The notes below the pieces were generated by a model. That model was not told the DNA's origin. It saw only the letters and a program-made list of their open reading frames with translations, and did no database searches. A DNA stretch of 64,000 nucleotides, taken from contig CP060759.1 in assembly GCA_023205875.1 (NCBI GenBank), positions 682,001 through 746,000 of the forward strand. The letters are read 5' to 3'. The stretch's first letter is position 1, and every line of letters starts with the position of its first letter. This document shows positions 39,618 through 51,400 of the stretch, in pieces. Source of the DNA: Chloropicon primus (taxonomy: Eukaryota). The translations under genes and the position numbers were made by a program.

Positions 39618-40705
39618 ATGGGCCGTGCGAAGAAAGTCAGGAAGTTCGCGGAGGTGAAGCGCATCCTCAACCCGAAGGAGGTGAAGAAGTAAGTCCCTGC
39701 GTCGCGCGGGTCTCGTTCTTTTGCCGACGAGTGGTCTGCGCTGGGCTCTCTCTCAAGAATTGTGGACCGTGTGAACCTCTTCTGACTTTGTCTCTCTCTC
39801 TCTCTCTCTCTCTCTCTAGGCAGGACGGTGGGAAGAAGAAGAAGAAGGGGGAGGAGGTCCGACAAGTGTAAGTCGGGAACGAGCGACACTCGCGCTTTCC
39901 TGCTCGCGGGATGCTGACCGCTTGTCGTTTGCTGTTTGCCTTCGCAGGAACAAAACTCCCTCGGCGTTGTTCTTCAAGTACAACTCTGCTCTGGGTCCGC
40001 CTTACAGGGTCATTATCGATACGAACTTCATCAACTTCTCCATCAAGAGCAAGGTAGGAAGGCGTCACTCTTTGTCTCTCTCCCTCTCTCTCTCTCTCTC
40101 CCTCTCTCTCTCCCTCCCTCCCTCTCTCTCTCCCCCTCTGTGTTGTGTGTTTGTGTTTGTGTGTGTGTGTGTGCCAAGGCAAAGCGAAAAGAGGGCGACA
40201 TCTAACTCTTCTTGCTCTCCGTGACTCTTTCGACTTGTTTCAGATTGACCTCATGCAAGGGATGGTCGACTGCCTGTACGCCAAGTGCATTCCTTGCATA
40301 TGCGACGCGGTCATCGCCGAGTTGGAGAAGCTGGGGGACAAGTACAGGGTGGCTCTCCGGATAGCAAAGGTGAGTGACCCTCGGAGAAGAAGAAGAAGAA
40401 GAAGAAAGCACACGAAAGTCGGCCGCTGACCTCCCTCCCCACCTCCCTCCCCGTGTCCCTGCGTTCAGGACAAGCGCTTTGAGAGGATCCCGAACCCTCC
40501 GGGGTGCCAAGACAGCACGTACGCCGATGATGTCATCGTGGAGATTGCGAGGCAGCACCGGTGCTACATCGTCGCGACGTGCGACAGGGACTTGAAGCGC
40601 AGGATAAGGAAGATTCCCGGCGTCCCGATCATGTTCGTCCACAACCACAGGTACTCGGTCGAGCGCCTGCCCGAGGCCACGGTCGGCGGTGCCCCACGAT
40701 TCTGA
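39618..40705 (+). CDS. FCF1: rRNA-processing PIN nuclease FCF1/UTP24; exons 39618-39688, 39820-39867, 39948-40053, 40244-40369, 40469-40705
   Basis: [79 protein letters not shown]; four GT-AG introns. Confidence 0.95.
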
Positions 40706-40774
40706 TTCTGAACGACTCCTCCATAAGAAAGTGTACATAAATACATTAAAAAAGTTCGTGTTGTTGTTGTTGTT

Positions 40775-41401
40775 TTACATGGCGTGCTCCGCGAGCTTCT
40801 CTATCATGCTCTCTTGCTCGGTCTTCACCTTGAACAATGAGTCGTACTCTGCCTTGAGCCTCTCCAGCTCCTCCTGCTTCTCGAGCACCTTCTGCTTCAA
40901 CTCCTTCTCTTCCTTAGCCTGCGACTCCCTCGCCTCGGAGAGCTTGTTCCTCTGGCCAATCGCGGCCAGCTTTATCGCCTCGATCCGTTTCGCTTGCTGC
41001 TCTATCTTCGACACGGCATCGTTCCCAGCTGTTATCATCTGCGAGATCTTCTCACAGTACGTGGAGGACTCCTCCTTCAGTCTCACCGTGTCGTCGTACA
41101 CATCAGGGTCCAGCACCCTCACGCGATACGTCTGCACACACCCACACGCACACGCACAGAAAGAAAGACAACAACAACCAAAAGAAAAAAAACGCAGGAC
41201 AAACCACCCGTCAGCTCAGTCGAACAACAACAACCCCGCCAAAGTCCCTCCACACAAACACTCCTGGGCCAAGACAGACAACCAAGACAACCCACCCACC
41301 GTGGTGGTCCAAAGTTGTCCGACAGTGTTTGTGCGTTAGGGTTATTCACCGCACTACTTCCTTACCTCGTCGAAGGATATCATTGCCGTCGCTTGCATCA
41401 T
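40775..41401 (-). CDS. IFT20: Intraflagellar transport protein 20; exons 41401-41366 and 41131-40775
   Basis: Spliced ISFDE|TYRVRVLDP...LKEES...IEAIKLAAIGQRN...ELERLKAEYDSLFKVKTEQ matches the IFT20 pattern. Confidence 0.88.
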
Positions 41402-41704
41402 GACTGCTCGCTCCCTCTGCCCACAACCAAAGCCAAAGCCAATGCCTTCGCCTTCCGCTCTCTCTCTCTCTTCTGTTTGTTTTTGAATCGTTCGTGACGG
41501 ATGATTGGAGATCAAGCTGCTGCTGCTGCTGCTGCTGGTGGGAGAGGAGAGGTTTGAGGGAGGGAGAACGGTACCAAGACGGAGAAAGGTGGGTTAGGGG
41601 TGAACGTAGAGCGAAAGATCTTGTCGCGATCTTTCGATAGGTACCCCACTTGAGGCATTTGGCGTTTGGGGTGAAAGGGGAGAGGGACGAAACGAGGAGG
41701 GTTG

Positions 41705-42399
41705 ATGAGCGAGGGAGTGGTGCGAGTGCTGGACTACATGAGGGGCTTGATTGATGGGGCGAACCCCATCGTTGTGATGATGACGTCGATGCTGGCTTTG
41801 GCTTCGCTTCCCGTGGTGATGAGCTGGTTGATGTCGTCGTCATCGGGGAAGAGGATGGAGGACCAGGGGGGGGAAGAGAAGGAACAGGGCGAGGGGACGA
41901 AAGAAGCTTCCCACGCGGGGAACTTGACCAAGGAGGAGCTCAAGGGGTACACGGGAAAAGATGAGAGTAAGCCCCTCCTCGTCGCAATCAGAGGGAAGAT
42001 ATACGACGTGTCTCCGGTAAGTCAGCCCCTTCCTTTTGAGGATTTCTTCCTCTCTTCTCTCGCACACACACAGACAGAGAGAGAGAGACAGAGAGAGCAA
42101 ACGAACAAACAAACCAAGCAAGCAAGTCTTGCCCGTCTACCCCTTAATACTGACCCGGCACGCACGTCGATGCTTTCCTGGACGAAATTGAACGGCAGGG
42201 TGCCGAGTTTTATGGACCTGGTGGACCGTACAACCTCTTCACCGGCATCGATGCGAGCAGGGCCTTGGCGAAGATGTCCTTCAAGCCGGAGGACCTGGCA
42301 GGGGGGATTGACGATCTCAGTCAATCGGAGAAAGACATCCTTTACGACTGGGAGCAGAAGTTCAAGATGAAGTACAAGTGCGTGGGAGACGTTATATAG
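41705..42399 (+). CDS. Membrane steroid-binding / cytochrome b5-like (MAPR) protein; intron 42017-42198
   Basis: N-terminal TM; LTKEELKGYTG, LLVAIRGKIYDVS|GAEFYGPGGPYNLFTGIDASRALAKMSF...DWEQKFKMKYKCVG. Confidence 0.92.
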
Positions 42400-42432
42400 G
42401 TTGAATCACAAACAGCTTTGTTTCCTGTGTTA

Positions 42433-45400
42433 TCAAATGTAATACGATCGAGGAACGAGCTCAAGGTTGGCGTCGTTCCTTTCGATACGCAGCTCTTCCG
42501 ACACTGCCTTGGTGGCCTCGCTCCCTCTCTGAATATTGATGAACGACATCGCTTTCGTGAAGATGTCCTTGGTGGCGCACTGAATCACCTTGGTGTTGGG
42601 AAACTCCCACACGCCGCAACACGCGGTGGGGAAGCGCGTTATGTGCCTCATTTTGATCTTGAACTTGTCCTCCCTCCCGAGAACCTGCTTGACGGACGTG
42701 CCAAGGAGTGTCCAGCAGATAAAGTACTTTGTAGTCTCCTTGAGCTCCTTCGAGCCTACCAAGATGATCTTGTGCCCCTTGGTAAAAAGCATGGTGTACC
42801 TCCTCTTGGAGGACGCGGACGCCTGGTCCAGCTCGAGGTAGTGGATCAGCGCGTCCTTGTCGAACAACGGCGTCAGTTTCGATAGGGTCTCCGTCCACTT
42901 GTCCAGGGATTTCTTCTCCTCAGAATTCGATGTGATGCTCTCGAGCTGAGTCGCCTGCATCACTTCCGGGGCCCGCACTCTGTGCGGAATGTTGCCCTCG
43001 ATTCCCTCCTTTCCCAGGCACAGGAGCCCCAACCCCTGGCTCAGCCGGGAGGCTCCCTCGAGAAAACCTGCGGTCGGCCTCACGGCGACCCCAAGCAACC
43101 CTTTCATCACACCCAAGGGAAGCAAAACAAGCCCTCCCCTCTGATAGGCCCACACGGGATCGGTCAAAACGCCTGAGATGCCGCGAACCGTTCCCGTAAA
43201 TAGCTCTCGGAGGCCCACGTAAATTGACCTCGGGGCGTTGATGGCCTTTCCCGAATAACGCTTCAGAGTCTGAGAGTCGGCCCAATCTCCATGATCTTCG
43301 TCGGTGGGCACCACTGCAAGGAGAAGAATCGCTGTCTTAGAAAGGGCGCCAATCGCTTGGGAGGCAGCGGAGAAGATGACATAACCCAGCTGCTGGGTGG
43401 CCATGAGCGGGCCTACCCTGCCCGCGGAGATTTCCTGGCCTATCGTGAACGCGGAACTGCAAGCGTAAACCACACTCAGTGGGGCAGCTATGATGGCTGG
43501 CCCAGTGCCCCCAAGAATTTTGTGGGCTTCACCGATAATTTGCCACTGCAGATGCTGCCTGATTCTCTGGTTGAGTGCATTCTTTCCGATGACTTCATCT
43601 GAGAAGCTAAGGCCGCTGATCTGCAGTGGAGCGTCATCGACGTCCAGGAGCTGAAGTCCAGAAGTGTTCAACGAGCGGCTCAATAGCGACTTCTTTCCGC
43701 CATCGGGTCCCGCCAGAACTTGACTGGCGATGGACAGCGACAAGGTGACGCGAAGAGATCCTATTTCTGCATTTTCGATAAAATACCAGGAAGAACTGCT
43801 TGACAAGGCCCTCATCGCGGTCAAGTCGGCAGCCGCCTTGTTTCTGTACCAGTCAGTGGGGTGGGCGAAGCCTTCCATGATGGAGTTGTCCTCCACCCGA
43901 GTGCCTGACAAGTCCTCGATCTCGGGCGGTCCAAATGGAAGAGTGAAATTCAACATGCAATCCTGGCGGGTATTCCAATCCTCGTCCTGATAGAGGTCGC
44001 GAATGGGGAAAGCTTGGGAGAACTTGAGCACGGAGTCCATGAAGAGATCGTCCACCTCGAGCTTCAAATCCCCGAAATCGAGCTGGAAATCCTTGATGGA
44101 CCTGATATTAGCTTCTCCGCCCTTGCTCGTGAAGATCTCGGAGAAGCTTACGCGCAAGAAATCAGCTTGATTGCCCATTGAGCTCAAGCATCTGAGGATC
44201 ACGGGTTGAGTGCTGTGCGGCAACTGGTTGTCGATTTGGATCTTTTGGATGGACCCCACGATCGTCGTCTCCTTGTCGTCCTGAACTTTACTCACTTTGA
44301 TCTTTTCGAGCGTGGTGTTTATCAGCTCGCCCCCCAGGACGCCACTTATCATCGCCAGGCCTATGCTGGAAAGCGTTACGTTGATGGAAGTGACATTCCT
44401 TATGGCACTGTGAGGGGGGTTCCACTGCATCCTCACATTTATCTCTGGACTTGGGCCGCTCTCGTGGCCGTGACCAACTCTCTTTGGCATCGTGAGCCTG
44501 ATCCACGCGTACACGGGATTGAACGGCGTCGCGACGCTTGTGCTGATTTCAGAACAATAGACGGTCCTCCAAGCCAGAAGATCAGACCTGCCCAGAGGGT
44601 TCTTGTCGTACAACTCAAAAGTCACAGAGGCCGAGAGAGGCACTTCCTCGAAGACGAACTTTTTGGATTTGTCGAAGAGAGGTTCAAGACTCTGGTGGAC
44701 GACATCGGTGCTGAGATCTCCTTCAGTTTTCGACTTTGAGCATTTCACGAGAACGAACGGGTTGCAAAGTGGTCCCTCGATGCTGAAGTCGAGAGTCGCC
44801 AGCGGCTGGAACGAGGTCCTCTTCTGAAGGTTTCTCGCGGCCATCACTGTAACTTGCAGTTCTCCCGTCTGATATCCGAGTTGGTGCAACAAAGTCTCTC
44901 TCTTCTTCACGTTTGAGACACGCTCTTCCCACTGCTCGACGGACAGGGGCTTCAGTTGGGCCAAAATCTCCATTCTTTGGGCTAAAATGTCCTCCAACGT
45001 CTGGACCTTGAGCTGCATGAGACTGTTTGCGTTGGTCCTCCAGGATAGCGAGATCACTACCTCGCCACTTACTTTGTCCGTTCCATGCTGTCTGCCAAGT
45101 GTGTAATGAATCGAATCATTGCTCTCCATGGTAAAGCTTTCCAGCAAAGAAATTCTTACGCTGCCCAAAAACAGTTTTGCTGCCCCGCTCTTGCGAACGG
45201 GAGCGCACCTCTGGGCCTTAACTCTGTAGATATTCAAGTCCAGAAAGTTGGTGGCGCGTGCACTTGGAAAAGTGAAGGCTTCATCCCAGGTAGGCGAGCA
45301 AGTCTGCAGGCAGATGTTCGTCTGGTAACTTTGTCCATTGAGGTCCACTTCTGCGTACGTGTGCGTTGACTGCGGGTTGCCAGCAAGGTTGTTCGCCGAG

Positions 45401-48400
45401 TGTATGGTCACAGTCAGCTCTCCTCCCAAGGAGAGTATCGCAGCAGAGCTGTCACCATCCAGGCTGTCATTCATTTCGTTGAGAAGGATTTCTTGGGCAA
45501 TCCTCCTGCGGCTGTTGCTGCTCATGGACCCCTTTGTCTTCGCTTGATGCTTCGCCTCGAGCTTGCGCCGTCCCGGCGTCTTTTGGGCTTTCCAGGTTTC
45601 AATCACACTCGTGCTCAACTTCAAATAGGAATCAAGATGCTTTTGGTTCCTGCCGTACAAGTCTATCTTCAAGGGTCTGCTTTTCATGTAGCCCATGAGA
45701 CTCGCAAACTTCCTGTTCACGTTATTCGCGAGTTCGTCCTCGAGCTTTCTCAATCTCGCATGCATTTCTAACATCGAGAGTTCAGATTGAATCGATGCCG
45801 AGTCTTTCTTGTCCGAGAACTTGAGTACCCTTGTTGGCCCGTCCGCATACACGGTCACAAACACTTTGGAGGCCAACTCTTTCGCAAGAACGGACTTCAG
45901 TTTCTTTTCCAGCTGCGTCGCAGCGTTCTTCTCCCTCTGTTTCTTGCTGAAGCTTGGCGTTGGAATGAATGCCCTGGATGTGCTCCTGCCGTGCTTAGAC
46001 TCCGAGACTGCTATCGGCTTTCGATCTCCTAATTCATCGATGCTGTACTCGGTAGTTCTACCAGTTGCCATGTCGTTCTCTCGCATGAGTTCTACAGAGA
46101 GCTTGTGAGGCCACATCGGAACGTCCCAGGCGTAATTGATCGATGTCCCGGGCATCACCGTTGTCTGAGGATTGCTTTCTTGGAGAGACAGCCTTTCCTC
46201 GTCATCTGCCTTCCCTTCCAACGACTTCTTGTCCTCAACCTGCTTGAACACGATCAAGATCTCCTTGCAGTCATTCTGTATCCTGTACGGAGGCTCCGCG
46301 GAAGGATCCTTGAAAGACACCAGGATGTGCGACGGGCTCACTGTTATCGAGACAGGAATAATAAGGAAAACACCATCCTGGTCTTGATGTGATAGCCGCA
46401 GACCAAAGTAAGTGTCCCCTGTTGCCAACAGCGGAAACGATGAACTCCAATTCCAAATGTTGCCACTCGGTCTGATGGTGATCTCGAGGGGATTGTAAAT
46501 CGAAGACCACTTGTGGCCAACCGACTGCCCAGCCTCGACTCTGCAATGATGCCCTGACTCAGTCATGCCACTCTGCTTGTAGATGATGCTGAAGTTCGAC
46601 ATGTTCTCCACGATTATAGCAGTCTTCACGCAGATGACCTTTGTCTTGTTGTATATCGAATCGGCCGGGCAAGGAAGGATGTCGATTCCAAAGTGCAATA
46701 ATTCATCAGAATTCCCTTCCCCGTACTGGTTGTGGCCCCCCAGAGACGCTGCTGCGATGGGTATTGGGTTGTGTCCCGACGGACCTGGCCTCTTTATGTG
46801 AACGGACGGGCCATATGGTGAGGGCTTCTCCCCCGCCATTCTGAAATAGATCCGCTGATTATCGGTGTTCCAGAGAACAGGGAGAGGCAAAGTCGGGGCC
46901 CGTTCCGCATTGCCAGGGACGAAAATCTCGTCCCTCCTCCTCGCTTTCCCGAAAAGAGGAAGTGAGTTGTTCTCGCTGAAGAATAAGTCGCTGTTGGTTT
47001 GGTTGTCGATCCAATACGGGCAATATATCGTGACCTTCCTTCCGATTCTTCCCGTGGGTTCGTTCTCAATTCCAATTTTGACCTTCTGTTTGTTCAAAAC
47101 CCGAAGGTCAGAGGGACCGCTTGGCCCCGGAGTTCCAGTAACAGGCGTCTCTCCGAGGTCCAATCCAAGCGTCTCTCCGAGGTCCACCGAGTACAGATTC
47201 GCAGAAGTGAGCTCAATCTCTGTTAATTCACTCGCGTTCGGCCCGATCGTAGATTGCATGAACGGATAGAGCGTGGCATGCTTCGGCAGATACCCTTGTC
47301 TGGTTTTGTCATTGACAAGGTAACCGTCGTGAATTGCGATAGGAGCTTGAGTCTTCAGCATTCCCTGCGCGGCAGTCTTCACCCTAATAGACAATTTCTG
47401 CTTCTGTTGCAAGTCACAATAAATGTCTGCTTTGCTCCCTGGTTTCAGAATAATGCCTGCGGGCGACATGTTGCCTCGAAGCCTCCTCCTCGAAGCACTG
47501 TTCGTGATGCTGTATGTTCTGGATCCAGCACTGCCAATAGATGACGTTCTATCGAGAGTGGATAGAGTGTCAACCACGTCCGATCGCCTGGTACCAAGGA
47601 ATCTACCTTGGGCGTCCATAAGATCGATTTCTATGTCGTAGGGCAAGGCATTAGCAATCACAAGAGGAGGCTGGAAGGAAAGCTCGCACTCAACTGGCAA
47701 GGGCGCTGAAGACAAGCCCTGCGAATCAATGTTGTAGCTGGGCAAATGAACTTGCTGAGGCGGAACCTTCATAATCTGGAGATTGCAGAAAAAGCTGGCA
47801 GGGCTCCCAGCATTGTTTTCTGACAAGACGCTTGTCGGAGAATGTGTACCCCTCGAAGGGGGGCGTTCCTCGATCTCCTCGGAGCCAAGCTGGATGTCCT
47901 CCATACTGACTTCAACAGGAGATGTTTCGTTTGTCTCCGGTATGCTCATATCAGACATTGGAACTTCCTCCAACTTGCTCTGGCTGCTTCCAGGTGTACT
48001 GCTGGTTTGCCCGGGTGCTTTCAATTGCGGTGTAGGGGTGTATTCCGGAGGCCCTGCCTCGGCCTTGCATTCGATCATTTGCTGCTGGACATCCATCTTG
48101 TCCACCTCGGTGATGTGGATACTGTGAGCCGTGGCTTCCAGAAGCCCATCCGCTGAATTCACAAAAAGCACCGACTTTGACATGATCGACGAAGTTATTG
48201 GAAGGTACACTCCCTTTCCAGGTTCGATGGGTCCGATCATGACGTCGCTACGAACGTCCGTTGTATCTGCCTCCATCTCCCCGGCTTCTTGAGTACCCGG
48301 CGCATTTAAATAGCCCAGGCTCTGCTGAAGTCTGAACGCGAGCTCTCTATCCGACCGGTTGAAGATCCAGTAGGGCGAATGGACGGAGATAACTTTCGTT

Positions 48401-51400
48401 CGCCCCACCAAAATGATGTCAACGATAACTGGCACTTCAATGTTGTGGAGAGGAGCTTCGAGGGTGTACTTGTACTTTCCGACAAGAGAGACATTCACCT
48501 GAAGCAGGGGGCTCCAATTTCCTTCGAATTGTAAGTTCAAGCATTCAACCTGAATGGCACTGGTTCTGGAAAACCTTTTGCCCTTGGAGTGCTGCTTCTC
48601 TGCGAGATAGGGCTTCTCTTTCACGATGACTCGCTTTCCATCCATGACTCTGTGGGCGGTCTGTGCAGTCGACCAGTACCACAAGTTTGCTCCCGAGTAA
48701 TTGTTGAGACAATACTTTTGTGGGGCCGCTCCACTGTCAAGCTCGCCCTCTTCGACATCGTCCTGCCCAAAAGTGCTCTTCCTCATATTTTGGGTGTATT
48801 CCTTTGAAGTCTCAGCGTTGAGCATTCTGCTAAACGTCATGGCATCCCCCAGGGCCAGCAGGATATGCGGACTGACGTGGATGTCCAATCTCTCTTCAGA
48901 GTTCAACCACAGCGAGTTGCTTTTCCCGCTATAAGCATCCTCTTGCTGATGAAATTCAAATTGAACGGGCCAATCCAAGATAATGCTGGCGTACCGGCTT
49001 ACTGAGCTGTCAAGATATTCGGCACTGAGGGTCACCTTGAGATCAGCGCTGGTTTTCGCACCCACGTCCTCCTCCTGAAGCACGACCTTGTACTGCAGCT
49101 GGAGAGTCTTTGCCCAAAGTCTCAAGACATCTGGGTTGCCGTACGTCCTGGGGCGATCGTCGCAAATCACCACGGAAACGCTATTTATTTTCAGATCCAC
49201 CTCCATTGTTGACGGTCTGAAGACAACCTCTTGCAAAGGCTCCGGGACTCCTTCGCTTGCACTCTCGTCCACATCGTGTTTCTGCTGGGTGCCTGACACC
49301 GTCTTCAGAATTCTGTTCCACAAATGCACTTCAGAGAAGCAAGCCTTGAGCACCAGATTGTCCAGCGATACGCGAATTTTCGTTAAAGCAGTTTCCCTCT
49401 CGTTGGGAGTAATCCCATGCTCCAACGTGAATGCTTTGCGTTTCGTGAGCTGAGTGAACGACTTCGCTCTCCCTAAATCCCCTGGTGGCGGACTGGAGCC
49501 ACCAAGAGATGACTCGCTGTGATTCTCTCTCCACCACCTCTGGAGCTTTCTCGCGACGAGTACTTTTTTGATCCTTGCAACCTGTTCCTCGAATACTGGC
49601 GCGCTCGTGTTCATTTCGACATCCAGGTTGAAGGGCAGCAGGAAGGAGTCGTTTGGTTGTGAGCTCTTGAGCTTAAAGGCCACCTCAAGATCAAATACTC
49701 GGACTCGCATCGCCGTTTCCCCGTCGGAACCAAAACCGTACCGAAATTGCAACGTATTTGTTTTTACTAGCACGCCGTTGGATTGCTCCTGTACGGCGTC
49801 TGCCACAAGTGGCAAAGGAACGAATATTCTTGTGTCCGTAGCAATTAGATTGAAGTAGAACCATTTCGCAAACGACGGACTAACCAGCTTCACCGGCGCG
49901 TGCGAATCATTTGTCTCATTCGTCTTCAGCACGGACAGGATGTTCGAAATGAAAGCCATGTCCTTCTCGTACGGCCAAGAGATGAGGGTATTGCATAATC
50001 GGAGCTCAACTGTCATGGGCCCTTCTTTTTGCATCAGTAATACGAATTTGAACGAAGGAGTGCACGTCTCCTCGGTAGGCTCGTTGGATGGTTTCACCTG
50101 CAGACTTCCATTCATGATCTCTTTGATGTTGTGCCGCGTGTGCATATCTGTCAGACTGAAGTTTGAGCCGCTGATACACATGTGAGTGTTCCCGGATGAC
50201 ATGCCCCTGTACACAAAGGAGGGGGAATCGAGCTTGAAGACGCCATATTGAGTCGGCGAATCCGTGTCTTCGAAGCATATTTCCCACTTCGAACTCCGGA
50301 TGCAGACCTCAAAGGATGGACTCTCTTCCTTTGGGAGCTTGAGAAATTCCTGGTACCTGTAAGCGCTGTCCATGAAGTCCTCTTTGCTCCTCACAACGAT
50401 TTCTTCTTCTTCAACGATCGCAAAGACTGATCGATCTCCCATGTTGCCAGAAAGGAACTCCATGAGATGACCGTAATTCAACTGACTCAACTTCACGCAG
50501 AGCACGTTCCAAAACAGAACCACTCTGGTCTGCGTTCCCTCGATTGATTCAATGTAACAGAGCAAGGACGTTTCCGGAATGAAGTTCTGGAACCCCAAGT
50601 ACGTGTGCTGGAATCCGAGAGCCAAGTTGTTCAAGCAGATCTCAAGATGGGGTCGGCCCTTCAGACCCTCTGCAGGACACTGAATCTCATTGCTGCTCTG
50701 GACCTTCAAATTGGCGACCAATTTGAAAAACTTGTCAGGGTTGTCACTGTGTATGGGGAGTATGACTTCAATGTTCTCCACGGAGAGGTGTAGACTGCTT
50801 GCACCTTTGGAATCCGCGTCCTCGCCATTGTCAGAGAGACTCTTCTCCTCGTCGTTAGTCTCCCCGTCGGTTTCCTCTTTGGATGGCAATGCACCAGTTA
50901 TTCGCGATACGAAGAACAGGATGTCTTGAATAAAGCGCATGATGAGCTGCGCTTGAACCTTCGATATTCGAATGACCGTCACCCCCGTGTCTCCCTTGAC
51001 ATCGTGTGTCAAGCACAGTCCATAACCCTCCTCGGTGCCGAGAGGATGGATACCAAGGCATTCCTTCGTGTCGGATTTTCCAATCAAGTCTAGCACATGC
51101 ATGCTTTCGATGTTCAGCTTTGTGTTATTTTCGTCCTCGCTGAGGCTGTCCACCGACTTGTACACACTCGCCGTAGTATTCAAGCACTCAAGGCAAGCAA
51201 TGTCTTGCAGGGAGTGAGACAGGGTCACACTGATGCTCGTGACATTGATTTCCATCAGAGTCATGCTCTTGTCTACCTCACTACTCTCTTCTGGTAAAGG
51301 TGTCGTGAGGTCATCTTTTGGTGTGTCGGTGTCTCGCTTCGTGATGGAAAAGGACTCCTGAAGTTCAAAGACATACTTGATGATTGGCTCGCACAGGCTC